From Candidatus Anstonellaceae archaeon (GTDB lineage Archaea; Micrarchaeota; Micrarchaeia; Anstonellales; Anstonellaceae): a stretch of DNA of 64,000 nt. The stretch's first letter is position 1, and the number at the start of each line of letters is the position of its first letter. The notes beneath the pieces were generated by a model that saw only the letters and a list, made by a program, of their open reading frames with translations, was not told where the DNA came from and searched no databases. The translations under genes and the position numbers were made by a program. This document shows, in pieces, positions 18,709 to 28,685 of this stretch. The stretch lies in the NCBI GenBank assembly GCA_038891055.1, contig JAWAEU010000003.1, forward strand, positions 26,856 through 90,855, given 5' to 3'.

Positions 18709-20130
18709 GTGGAAGATTTTCAATTTAGTTCTACAGAGGAAATAAAAATACCCTCTAATTTATTTGATCAAATAATAGGTCAAGATCAAGCAGTTGAAAT
18801 AGCAAAGATAGCTGCACGGCAGAGAAGACACCTTCTTCTCATAGGCCCACCTGGTACTGGAAAATCTCTTATTGCGAAGGCAATAGCAAGTCATCTTCCT
18901 CCGCCAAACGAAGAAATTTCTGTTTTGCACAATCCACAAAATCCAGAAAGACCATTTTTAGAGGTTAGAACAAGAAGCCAAATTATTTTAAATTCCTCAA
19001 CTAAAGTCCAAAATAAATCATATGTAAGATTGGACCAAGTTCCACAATTTGTAACTCAAAAGTTAGGCTATTTATGTAAATCTTGCAAAAATTTTTCTGA
19101 TCCAGATCTAGATATCTGTCCTTTTTGCAAATCAAGAAAATTTAAAAAAGCTTATTCTGGACCATTTGGAGATCTTCTTTCTGCAGAAGGTGCGCCTAAA
19201 AGAGAAGACAGTGTAATTAGTTCAAGAGTTTCAAATAGCAAAGAGGATTTAGTTGTTTTTAGAAGATTTAATAAAGAGTTAATCGAAGTAAGTGAATTAG
19301 AAGATTTTCAAAAAGAAAAAAATCTGGAAAGAAATGTAGTAATCTCATTAAATAGAAAATTATTTGTACAAGCAACAGGTGCATCCAAAACTGAACTTTT
19401 GGGAGATGTAAGACATGACCCCTATGGTGGCCATCCTCAAATAGGAATCCCACCTTATCAAAGAGTAATTCCAGGAGCAATTCATGAAGCACATGAAGGG
19501 GTTTTATTTATAGACGAGTTAGTCTCTCTTGGTAGATTACAGAGATATTTGCTAACAGCAATGCAGGAAAAGAATTTTCCAATAACTGGGAGAAATTCAT
19601 CTTCAACAGGTTCCTCTGTAAGAGTGGATAGGGTGCCCTGTGATTTTATATTGGTTTCAGCTATAAATCTATCTGATTTGCCGAAGATAATGCCACAGCT
19701 TCGCTCTAGAATTTTAGGAGAAGGCTATGAGGTTATTTTAAATACTACTATGGAAAACAACGAAAAAAATAGAAATCTATTTGCTCAATTTGTAGCTCAA
19801 GAAATAAAAAAAGATGGAAAAATACCTCACGCTTCAGCTGAAGCTGTGAAAGAACTTTTAAATATTGCCATACAAAAGGCAAAAAAGTTAGATAAGCAAA
19901 GTGGCATAAGCCTTAGACTAAGAAACATGGTAGGAATTATAAAGACCGCGGGGGATATTGCAAACTTTTTTGGCTCAAAACTAATAGAAAAAGAACATGT
20001 CAGAATAGCATTAGAAAAAAGAAAAATTGCAGAAGAACAACTAAGTCAAAAATATGGTAGCCTCTACAAGGCTTCTCTAGCAGATTGGGAATTTGATCTC
20101 ACTCCAACCTCGCAGCAAGAGATTAAATAA
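18709..20130 (+). CDS. LonB-like AAA+ ATPase lacking the protease domain
   Basis: DQIIGQD.A, GPPGTGKS, LLGDVRHDPY, GAIHEAHEGVLFIDE, LRSRI.GEGYE, LRLR; ends without a Ser-Lys protease domain. Confidence 0.88.
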   Translation: MEDFQFSSTEEIKIPSNLFDQIIGQDQAVEIAKIAARQRRHLLLIGPPGTGKSLIAKAIASHLPPPNEEISVLHNPQNPERPFLEVRTRSQIILNSSTKVQNKSYVRLDQVPQFVTQKLGYLCKSCKNFSDPDLDICPFCKSRKFKKAYSGPFGDLLSAEGAPKREDSVISSRVSNSKEDLVVFRRFNKELIEVSELEDFQKEKNLERNVVISLNRKLFVQATGASKTELLGDVRHDPYGGHPQIGIPPYQRVIPGAIHEAHEGVLFIDELVSLGRLQRYLLTAMQEKNFPITGRNSSSTGSSVRVDRVPCDFILVSAINLSDLPKIMPQLRSRILGEGYEVILNTTMENNEKNRNLFAQFVAQEIKKDGKIPHASAEAVKELLNIAIQKAKKLDKQSGISLRLRNMVGIIKTAGDIANFFGSKLIEKEHVRIALEKRKIAEEQLSQKYGSLYKASLADWEFDLTPTSQQEIK

Positions 20131-20391
20131 AACACTAAATTTTTAAACAAATTTTTATTATCTTCATAAATTTAAATGAGTTAGTGATTTTATGAAGTTA
20201 AATTTAAAAAAGCTGGCTATTTTTTGATAGTACTAAAAAAATTCTTAGTCTATCTAAGAAATTTACTAAAGAAATCCTTTATTCAAGCTACTATGAGAAA
20301 ATAGTCTTAGAGCAGATCTTTCACAATTTGAAAAAAATCTATATAAAGTTATACTCTCAATATTCTACATTCCAAAAAAATAGTTGGTTTT

Positions 20392-20925
20392 ATGGAATTT
20401 TTAGATAAAACCAAAATTTCCACTCAAAATATCTCTAAATTACCTATAAATGAATTAATAAAAGTGATTTTAGACAATGTTCCAAAAATTTTGGAGCTTT
20501 TAGCAAAGCAAGATCTCAATTCGCCTTTAGTTTATGATTTTAATAAAAATAGTTTTCCATCTTCTAATAATTTAGAAGAATTGAATTCACTTATTTTTTA
20601 TATTTACAAGCTTCTAGCTATAAATGAAATTAACCTCAATAAATTAATTATTGGTCCTCAAGAGATAAAAATTGATTCAACTGTTTCATTATCTAAATTT
20701 TTTTCTCATTATCTTTTTAATTCCAACTATATCAATCAATCCATCAATAAATTTATTGAAATTCTCAACAATTATGACTATACTCTTAACTCTCACAAGT
20801 TTAGTCTAATTGGCAGTGTTAATATAATTATCAAAAAAGCTCAAAAAAAAGCTCAAAAGACGGAAAATATAAAACAAAAAAATAATTTAGAATTAGATAA
20901 TTTAATTCCAACTAAAACCAAGTGA
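20392..20925 (+). CDS. Hypothetical protein (possibly 3' part of a frameshifted gene)
   Basis: 177-aa ORF without motifs; open overlapping frames upstream. Confidence 0.5.
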   Translation: MEFLDKTKISTQNISKLPINELIKVILDNVPKILELLAKQDLNSPLVYDFNKNSFPSSNNLEELNSLIFYIYKLLAINEINLNKLIIGPQEIKIDSTVSLSKFFSHYLFNSNYINQSINKFIEILNNYDYTLNSHKFSLIGSVNIIIKKAQKKAQKTENIKQKNNLELDNLIPTKTK

Positions 20926-20959
20926 ATTAATTTATAAATTTTAATTAATTAATTTTATT

Positions 20960-23122
20960 ATGAACTATATTAAAATTTCTTTATTTGTATTTTTTGCATT
21001 TTTGTTATTTTTGGTAGGCTGCACTTTTTTGGAAGAAAAAAAGCCTCAAGAGAATTTAATTAATATTCTCCCAACTTTAGACAAAAAATCAGAGAATCAA
21101 AATATTTCTCTAAATCTTAGTTTGGAAGAAAATAAAGACCTCCTCCCAACTTTAAAAAAATTTTCTTCTTATAAACATATGCAATATTGGCTAGATCAAA
21201 ATTCCTATAATGCAGCCCAAGAGCAAAATCTAAGAGTTGATGTAATGTTAAAGCCTCTTGGGCTCAAATCACCATCCAATTTTGCTCAAAGGACCGAGGA
21301 TTATTCAAAGACCAATATTCAAGTAGAAGGAATAGATGAACCAGATATTATTAAGACAACCAAAAATAATCTGTTTGTTGTAAAAGAAAACAAAATTTTT
21401 ATCTTCGAAATTTTTCCAAAACCAAAAAAAATTTTTGAAAAAAAATTGGAATTAAATCAAATTCATTCAATTTTTGTCGAAGATGACTATTTAGTTTTAT
21501 TTTCTACTGATTATAAAAAAACTTATAAGATAGATGAATTTGACTTTAAACCTTATGAAAGTTATGAACCATACACTGTTGTACAAATTTATAATATCTC
21601 GGATAAATCCAATCCAATTCTTTTTCAAGAATTTAGATTTTCTGGATATTTCACACAAGCTAGATTGAAAGACAAAAAAATTTATCTAATCTCATCACAG
21701 GATATTTCAAAGCCTTATCCAAGGCCATGGTATTATTCTAAAGATTTATTTTATGTAGATGTCTATTATTTTGATATGTCTTCAAGTTCTAATTATAAAA
21801 TATCTCAAATTAGTGTTATTTCTTTAGATGGTAAAATATTAGACTCCAAAGCATTTTTATTGAATGCAGGAGGAGACACTGTTTATATGTCTGATAAAAA
21901 TCTCTACATTGCAGTTCAGATATTTCCTCCAATAATATGCAGATCGTGGTGGTGTACAAACACAGCAAAGCAAATAAATAAAACAGAAAGATTTGAAAAG
22001 GCAATCTTGCCCTATCTACCAGTGCAAATACGGCAAGAAATTGGGGACATATTAAAAAAGAATATAACAGATGAAGAAAAATGGATGGAAATTGAGCCAA
22101 TTTTGTTAAATTATCTAAAAAAGTTTGAAGATGAAACTAAAGTTTCAAAATCCCAATTGGAAGAATTCAAATTAACTTTAGAAAAAATCTCTATGGCGCT
22201 AGCAGAATATGATGCTCTTGTTGCAATAAAAAATCAAAAAACAGCTATATTTAAATTTTCATTTTTAAACGATACTCTAAAACTTCTCTCATCTAATTAT
22301 GTGAATGGTTATTTACTAAATCAATGGGCGTTGGATGAACAAGACGAAAACCTTCGTGTTGCAACTACTATTGATGTCTGGGCAGCAAAAAGAGTTACTT
22401 ATAACTCGATCTATATTTTAGATAAAGATTTAAATTTGATCTCTAAATTAGATGAACTTGCTCCAGAAGAAAAGATTTATTCTGTGAGATTTATGGACCA
22501 AAAAGTTTATCTAGTAACTTATAAGGAAGTTGATCCACTTTTCGTAATAGACCTCTCAGATGCACTCCATCCAAAAGTTTTAGGATATCTAAAAATACCT
22601 GGTTATTTTACCTATCTTCATCCCTATAATGAAACTTTACTAATAGGAATAGGTCAAACTACCTCCACCTCTTTATATGGTTTTGAAGTTAGGGGTGGAA
22701 TTAAAGTTGGCCTAATAGACGTTTCAAATCCACAAAAACCAAAACTTCTTACCGAATTTGCTGAAGGCGATGAAGGTACAACTTCATCAGTTTTGTCTGA
22801 CCACAAAGCATTTGTATTTGACAAAAACAAAAAGATTTTATACCTCCCTCTCAAATTAGTTAAAAAGCAGAAGTCCTTGTTCTATGATAAGATAGATAAC
22901 TTTTATGGAGTATATGTTTTAAATCTCTCTGATCAGGATATAACTCCAATAGGAAAAATAGAGCATTATTCATCTTCAGATTTATTTGAATACAAAGAAG
23001 ATTATTTTGTGAAACGAGTAGCATATTTCGGAGATATTCTCGCTTCTATTTCTGATCGCTTGGTTATATTCTCTGATGGAGCTAAAAATTTTGAGACAGT
23101 GGAGAGGTTTCAGCTTAATTAG
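20960..23122 (+). CDS. Secreted beta-propeller domain lipoprotein (COG4880-like)
   Basis: LVGC lipobox, YS.TNIQVEGIDEPDIIKT, LRVATT, VDPLFVIDLS, LKIPG...YLHP. Confidence 0.9.
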   Translation: MNYIKISLFVFFAFLLFLVGCTFLEEKKPQENLINILPTLDKKSENQNISLNLSLEENKDLLPTLKKFSSYKHMQYWLDQNSYNAAQEQNLRVDVMLKPLGLKSPSNFAQRTEDYSKTNIQVEGIDEPDIIKTTKNNLFVVKENKIFIFEIFPKPKKIFEKKLELNQIHSIFVEDDYLVLFSTDYKKTYKIDEFDFKPYESYEPYTVVQIYNISDKSNPILFQEFRFSGYFTQARLKDKKIYLISSQDISKPYPRPWYYSKDLFYVDVYYFDMSSSSNYKISQISVISLDGKILDSKAFLLNAGGDTVYMSDKNLYIAVQIFPPIICRSWWCTNTAKQINKTERFEKAILPYLPVQIRQEIGDILKKNITDEEKWMEIEPILLNYLKKFEDETKVSKSQLEEFKLTLEKISMALAEYDALVAIKNQKTAIFKFSFLNDTLKLLSSNYVNGYLLNQWALDEQDENLRVATTIDVWAAKRVTYNSIYILDKDLNLISKLDELAPEEKIYSVRFMDQKVYLVTYKEVDPLFVIDLSDALHPKVLGYLKIPGYFTYLHPYNETLLIGIGQTTSTSLYGFEVRGGIKVGLIDVSNPQKPKLLTEFAEGDEGTTSSVLSDHKAFVFDKNKKILYLPLKLVKKQKSLFYDKIDNFYGVYVLNLSDQDITPIGKIEHYSSSDLFEYKEDYFVKRVAYFGDILASISDRLVIFSDGAKNFETVERFQLN

Positions 23123-23124
23123 AT

Positions 23125-24789
23125 TTATTTATTTTTGGATTCTTTTTTTAAATATTTAAATGTTATTCCATATCCAATTATAAATATAATTACAACTAAA
23201 ATTAATTTTACAATAAATAAATTATCCTTTACTTCAAAGTTTATTTTTATTCCCTCATAACCTAATCTTTTTATGTCTATAGTATAAACCCCTGGTTCTG
23301 TAGGTGCTCTTAATTTTATCGGAGAGCCATATTCGTTTTTTTTGCCCAAATATTCTATCGTTATTTTATCTAAGTTTTTGGCATATTTGTCCTGCACATT
23401 AAGTTCAAATTCTTGGCCTGGATTTAATATTTGCCCTTCAGTTATATATGCATATATTTTTGCACTTTGTTTTAAGGAATTAAAAATAACTTCTAACTTG
23501 TATTTTAAATTATTTTTTTCGACCTGTCCATTTTCATCAGTAGCTATACAGTCTATCTTTATAGGTCCATTGCTTTTTCCTTCTAAACTTATTTCTGTTG
23601 AAAATTTTCCATCAATTTCTGGAGCAAAAGGAGGTAATCTCTCTCCATCTAAAATAATTTGAACATTTTTTATCTTATTGGTCGAGAAAGCAATTCCCTC
23701 TATTGTTGTTTGAACCCCTACTTCCTCTCCATCCATAGGAGATAATATGGAGCATGAAGGGGTTAAAGTTAAACTATATATTTTAGATGTTTTAGTTGGA
23801 ACTATTATTGTATTTTTAAAAAGTAGTGGATAGGTGGGCTGTGTTTTAACATAATGATTAAATACTATCTCTCCATTTTCAGTGTTAAGCCCAATTACTA
23901 AATTATTTGCTGTGGAAAAAAAAGCGTATTTATCTAGTAGCTGTCCTCTCAAAATAATTGGTTGACTTAAAACTTTTTTATAAATCTCTTTTCCTTCTTT
24001 AGCATCTAGTGCTATTATCTCTCCTTTTGGTGTCCCAAAAATCACCTTATTTTTGACTACCAATGGTTCTGACATAATAAATCCATCAGTCATATAATAC
24101 CAAAGTAGGGAGCCTGTAGTTGCTTGAAATGCAAAAAGTGTTGAAGAGGTTGCAGAAGCAAAAAAAACTATGTCATTTTCTTTGTCATACACTGGCAGAG
24201 TTTTATATGCCTCTCCAACTTTTGCAAACCAAATTAGTTTTCCAAATAAATTATAGCAATAAAGTTCCTCCTTATCCAAAACCAAAACCTTTTCTTCCAC
24301 AACATTTACGGCTTTTCCATCTTCTAGGTTTTTAGAAAATATCTCTGAGCCTTTTTCAGGACTTAAGCCAATCATTTTTTTGTCATATATCGCTACTACT
24401 ATTTTTTCATTTCCATTGAGGTATTTTAGTTTAGCTGAACTATTTGGGTCTTTTTTATTTAGAGAATAGGTCCAGGAAATTTTTTTATTTGGAATAGAAT
24501 ATGAGATTATTTCACCATCCAATGTACCAAATATTATATTTTGATTAGATAATATTGCAGGTGTGGCTAATTTTTTATATGCATTGTAAATTATTTTAGT
24601 CTCTCCACTAATAGTAGATAATTCATAAATTACTCCATTCTCTGTCAAATAGTAAACATTTCTTGAATCATTTAAAAGCCAATAATTTATTTTAGATTGT
24701 GCTAAATGTTGATCTTCCCAGCTATATCCTCCATAAAATATTCCTAAAATAAAAAAAAATAAAAGAATTAGTTGATTTTTTTTCTTCAT
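23125..24789 (-). CDS. PQQ-like (BamB-type) beta-propeller surface protein with Ig-like region and C-terminal TM anchor
   Basis: Signal peptide, repeated A.D...G...W motifs, C-terminal hydrophobic helix plus basic tail. Confidence 0.8.
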   Translation of the reverse strand: MKKKNQLILLFFFILGIFYGGYSWEDQHLAQSKINYWLLNDSRNVYYLTENGVIYELSTISGETKIIYNAYKKLATPAILSNQNIIFGTLDGEIISYSIPNKKISWTYSLNKKDPNSSAKLKYLNGNEKIVVAIYDKKMIGLSPEKGSEIFSKNLEDGKAVNVVEEKVLVLDKEELYCYNLFGKLIWFAKVGEAYKTLPVYDKENDIVFFASATSSTLFAFQATTGSLLWYYMTDGFIMSEPLVVKNKVIFGTPKGEIIALDAKEGKEIYKKVLSQPIILRGQLLDKYAFFSTANNLVIGLNTENGEIVFNHYVKTQPTYPLLFKNTIIVPTKTSKIYSLTLTPSCSILSPMDGEEVGVQTTIEGIAFSTNKIKNVQIILDGERLPPFAPEIDGKFSTEISLEGKSNGPIKIDCIATDENGQVEKNNLKYKLEVIFNSLKQSAKIYAYITEGQILNPGQEFELNVQDKYAKNLDKITIEYLGKKNEYGSPIKLRAPTEPGVYTIDIKRLGYEGIKINFEVKDNLFIVKLILVVIIFIIGYGITFKYLKKESKNK

Positions 24790-25281
24790 TTAAGTTGCAC
24801 CAATAACTGAATCGTATTCGCCTTTTTTAATCTTTTTTATTATTTCTCTGGGATCTAAATTTTCCACTGTTACCCCCATGCTTAAGCATGTTCCTATTAC
24901 CTCTATCACAGTCCCTTTAAGTGTTTTGGATAGTGAAGAAGTTTGCTTTTTTTTAGCAATTTTTATTACTTGTTCCATAGTCAGATTTCCAACGATTTTT
25001 GGATCTTGCTCTCCTCCCTTTGCACCTTTTTCAATTTTTAATTCTTTTTTTATAAGTTCACTGGTAGCAGGAGAGCCTATTTCAAAACGCCATTTTTTTG
25101 TTTGTTTATCAACTATCACTTTAACAGGCACTTTTGTCCCTTCGAAGATAGCTGTTTGTTTATTTAGATCTCCAATCAGCTGTACTATATTTACACCTAA
25201 AGGGGCTAAGGCAGGTGCAAGAGGAGGACCAGGAGTAGCTTTTCCACCTTCAATTATCACTGAAATTATAGTTTCTCCCAT
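24790..25281 (-). CDS. rpl11: 50S ribosomal protein L11
   Basis: EGGKATPGPPLAPALAPLG, VPVKV, GTC.SMGVTVE; GAGGTGA RBS. Confidence 0.97.
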   Translation of the reverse strand: MGETIISVIIEGGKATPGPPLAPALAPLGVNIVQLIGDLNKQTAIFEGTKVPVKVIVDKQTKKWRFEIGSPATSELIKKELKIEKGAKGGEQDPKIVGNLTMEQVIKIAKKKQTSSLSKTLKGTVIEVIGTCLSMGVTVENLDPREIIKKIKKGEYDSVIGAT

Positions 25282-25311
25282 TTTAATCTCACCTCAGAAA
25301 TAATTCTCAAA

Positions 25312-25788
25312 TTATTTTTTGTTTTTTAATCTTTTTAAAATCTCTAGTTTTATTTTTTGAGCATTTTCATAGTTAAGCCCATCAATATGTGCATTTAGGC
25401 TAGATTGGCCAGATGCTGTAGCTACATGTAAATCATAAAGTCCAAACAGCTGGTCTAGAGGGTCCTGATCAATGTATACATCCTGAATTCTATAGTAAGG
25501 TATAGTTGTCTCGCTATAGGTTATCACTCCTTCTTTTATTATTAAATATTCTTTATCTAAATTATAATAATACCTCTTATAATGAAGATAGTGGTAAAAA
25601 TATATACTCAAAAACAAAGCACCTACGACTATTAATAAAAATGGAAAAAGAGTTTTAAACATAGCAACTAATACAGTCCAAAAAAGTATTACTCCAATTC
25701 CTATAGTGGAAATAACAGAGATTAAAGTAGCTATTGTACCTTTCACAACTTTACTTTTTTCTAATGGAATTTCTTTTATACTTATCAT
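25312..25788 (-). CDS. Membrane protein with bacterial PH (bPH_2) domain
   Basis: Two TM helices, then IPY.RIQDV.I.Q.PL..LFGL..L.V.TA and IDGL. Confidence 0.85.
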   Translation of the reverse strand: MISIKEIPLEKSKVVKGTIATLISVISTIGIGVILFWTVLVAMFKTLFPFLLIVVGALFLSIYFYHYLHYKRYYYNLDKEYLIIKEGVITYSETTIPYYRIQDVYIDQDPLDQLFGLYDLHVATASGQSSLNAHIDGLNYENAQKIKLEILKRLKNKK

Positions 25789-25878
25789 AAAAATAAATTA
25801 TAACTACTATATTTTTATATTTTATTTATTAATTATTTTTTTAGTTGCTTTACTTTTTTAATTAGGGGTAGAGAAAAA

Positions 25879-27126
25879 ATGGAAAATTCATTTGATGTTA
25901 TTGTTGTTGGCGGAGGACCTGCTGGGTCAACCACTGCAGCCTATTTAGCAAAAGAAAACAAGAATGTGTTATTAATTGACAAAGCTTCTTTTCCTCGAGA
26001 TAAGACATGTGGAGATGCACTCTCTGGAAAGAGCATGAAAGTAATTAGAGAACTTGGCTTAATTGAAGAAATAAAAAAACTTCCGCATGCTCCAGTTCAT
26101 GGTGTTTTGTTTTCTTCCCCTGCCGGCCATACTTTAAAAATACCTTTTGTTAAATCCGATGAAAATAGAGAGGATGGCGTAGGTTATTGTATGCGTCGTT
26201 ATTATACCGACCATATGTTTTTAAAAGCTGCTAAAAAATTTGGAGCTAAAGTAAAAGAAAAGTTAATGGCACAAAAACTTATTTTTGAGCAAAATAAAGT
26301 AATTGGAGTTAGGGCATTAGATCTTGAAACAAGACAAGAACAAGAATTTTATGCTAATGTGGTTGTTGGTGCAGATGGAGTAAATTCTATAGTAGCAAGA
26401 GAGGTCTTAGGTCAAGAAGCAAATTTGGATCCAAATCATAGTTGTGATGCAATAAGACAATATTTTTCCTCCATTAGAGGTCTTTCTAATTATATAGAAA
26501 TTCATTTTTTAAGTTCTGTTCAACCAGGATATTTTTGGATTTTTCCACTCGAAAATCAAACTGCAAATGTAGGGCTAGGCTTAATAAGTTCAGAATTACA
26601 AAAGAAAATGAAAACTTCAAAAAAAACTTTAGTCCATCTTTTCCAGGAAGCAATAAGTAATGAGCCCATATTGAAAGATAGATTTATAGATGCAAAACCT
26701 CTTGGTCCAATTACAGGTTGGCGTCTTCCCTTTGGTTCAAAGAAAAGAAAGTTAGCAGGTAATGGTTGGGTTTTAGTTGGAGATGCTGCCTCTTTAGTTG
26801 ACCCATTTTCAGGAGAAGGGGTTGGAAATGCAACTACTTCTGGCAAATTAGCAGCACAAAGCATAGTAGAAGCTATTAATTCAAATGACTTTTCAGAAAA
26901 TTTTTTAAAAAAGTACGAGGAAAGAGTGTGGGCAGAGTTAGGGGCAGAATTAAAAACAAGTTATCAAATGCAGCAAATAGGAAAAATAAAATTTTTGCTC
27001 AATAGGGTTATTTACAAGGCTTCTACTGATCCTCAGATAAAAGAATTAATATCAAACTCTCTTGCTAGTGAAGAAACAAAAAAAGAACTCATAAACCCCC
27101 TATTTTATTTAAGAATACTATTTTAA
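25879..27126 (+). CDS. Geranylgeranyl reductase family FAD-dependent oxidoreductase
   Basis: GGGPAG, FPRDKTCGD, GADG, GYFWIFP, GDAA...DPFSGEG. Confidence 0.9.
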   Translation: MENSFDVIVVGGGPAGSTTAAYLAKENKNVLLIDKASFPRDKTCGDALSGKSMKVIRELGLIEEIKKLPHAPVHGVLFSSPAGHTLKIPFVKSDENREDGVGYCMRRYYTDHMFLKAAKKFGAKVKEKLMAQKLIFEQNKVIGVRALDLETRQEQEFYANVVVGADGVNSIVAREVLGQEANLDPNHSCDAIRQYFSSIRGLSNYIEIHFLSSVQPGYFWIFPLENQTANVGLGLISSELQKKMKTSKKTLVHLFQEAISNEPILKDRFIDAKPLGPITGWRLPFGSKKRKLAGNGWVLVGDAASLVDPFSGEGVGNATTSGKLAAQSIVEAINSNDFSENFLKKYEERVWAELGAELKTSYQMQQIGKIKFLLNRVIYKASTDPQIKELISNSLASEETKKELINPLFYLRILF

Positions 27127-27128
27127 TT

Positions 27129-27665
27129 CTATTTTTCTACCAGAAATTTTTTTATCAATATTTCTAGATCTTCTTTGACATCTTGGTTGATGGTATTTGA
27201 TCCACTATAGAAATTTTCATAAAAATAATAAAGCATTTTTGCAAGCGATGGCTGATCTAACTCTTTTAATTTTTCATAAATTTTTTTTGCCATCTGTTCG
27301 TTTTTTTGAATTATATAACAAATAAACAGCCCAAAATTCGCCTCAAAATCATTTTCATCTATTTCTAAAGCATAATCAAATGCTTGTTTTGCTTCATTAT
27401 ATTGTCTTGTAGCTATTAATAGGTAGCCGCCTAAAATCCAAATTTCTTTTTTTTTGGGATCTATTTCGGCAGCTTTTGCTATTGCTGCTAACCCTTCATC
27501 ATATTGTTCGGCATTATATTTTGAAAGTGCTAAACTATACCACCCTATAGCTCCTTGTTCTAATTTAATTATATCTTCAGAAGTTTGGAGTGCTAATTGA
27601 GGCATATTTTTTTTAATATATTGACTTATTTTTACTAAAAGATTATCTACAATCTCACTCGTCAT
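27129..27665 (-). CDS. Tetratricopeptide repeat protein
   Basis: W...A/G.......Y.EA......A.EIDP repeats. Confidence 0.8.
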   Translation of the reverse strand: MTSEIVDNLLVKISQYIKKNMPQLALQTSEDIIKLEQGAIGWYSLALSKYNAEQYDEGLAAIAKAAEIDPKKKEIWILGGYLLIATRQYNEAKQAFDYALEIDENDFEANFGLFICYIIQKNEQMAKKIYEKLKELDQPSLAKMLYYFYENFYSGSNTINQDVKEDLEILIKKFLVEK

Positions 27666-27716
27666 ATTTTATGTTTAATCAAAAATATTAAAAAATAATT
27701 GCTCATTTATCTTTAT

Positions 27717-27929
27717 ATGCAAAAGATAGGACAAACTCAATCTAGTGGTTCACTAAAAACTTCTAAAAGCGCAAAAGAAAATTTTGAGCAATTTAAAAAA
27801 GGGCTGTTGAATATTGATTCTTGGTCATTATTACCTTCATCTTTTTCTTCTGGTATTATACCAAAATTTAGCGAATTTGCAAATTCAGCTCACGCCTCCA
27901 TCTTATTAAAAATTTTAAAGTCCCACTAA
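27717..27929 (+). CDS. Small hypothetical protein
   Basis: 70-aa ORF from ATG 27717 that fills the gap between the TPR and NAD kinase genes. Confidence 0.45.
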   Translation: MQKIGQTQSSGSLKTSKSAKENFEQFKKGLLNIDSWSLLPSSFSSGIIPKFSEFANSAHASILLKILKSH

Positions 27930-27939
27930 AAATTATTTT

Positions 27940-28671
27940 TTAGGCTTTCACAAATTCAAATCTATTTTCAGAAACTTGCACTTCTATTTTAGTGTTATTT
28001 TTTAATTCAATTTCAATTTGACCATCTATTAGTGCATCCGTTTTACAAGTAGTCTTAACATACAAAAAACACTTTACATCTTTTTTCAAAATTAGTGGTT
28101 TAAATTTTCTTCTATATGGAGCTATTGCAACTACCTCGTATCTCTCTTCAGTTGGTTTTAATTCTTTGCCTCCGCAGGAATATGCATATGCAGTTGATCC
28201 AGTAGGTGTAGAAAAGATTACCCCATCAGCATAAAATTTATATTTTCTTTTTTTTATCTTCAGCTCAAATTCTACTATGCGATGCTCTTTATTTCTTATG
28301 GCTAATTCATTTAGACAATCCAAAATTCTCTTACCATTAATTTCCGCTCTTATCATTATTCTTTTTTCTATCCTAAATCCATCTCTTATAATTTTCTTGA
28401 GATATTTTTTATAGTTAATATTAGTGGCTTGTACTAGCCAACTTTTTTTTGTACCTATTGCAAAATAAGGTTTTAGATATTTGTTTTTATAATATAGCAA
28501 GGTGCCATCTCCCCCCACAGTAATTAAAATCTGAGCTTTTGAGGGTGATAATATTTTTACTTTATTTTTTAATAGATAACTTGTTAGTTGTTGTTTTAGT
28601 TTTTTTGTCCAATTCTTTTCTTTGTTTATTAAAATCCCTACAGATTCTAATTTTACTTTTTTATTTTTCAT
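27940..28671 (-). CDS. nadK: NAD kinase
   Basis: GGDGT, LNE, DGVIFSTPTGSTAY..S.GG, IDG. Confidence 0.93.
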   Translation of the reverse strand: MKNKKVKLESVGILINKEKNWTKKLKQQLTSYLLKNKVKILSPSKAQILITVGGDGTLLYYKNKYLKPYFAIGTKKSWLVQATNINYKKYLKKIIRDGFRIEKRIMIRAEINGKRILDCLNELAIRNKEHRIVEFELKIKKRKYKFYADGVIFSTPTGSTAYAYSCGGKELKPTEERYEVVAIAPYRRKFKPLILKKDVKCFLYVKTTCKTDALIDGQIEIELKNNTKIEVQVSENRFEFVKA

Positions 28672-28685
28672 TCTCTTACATCTCC

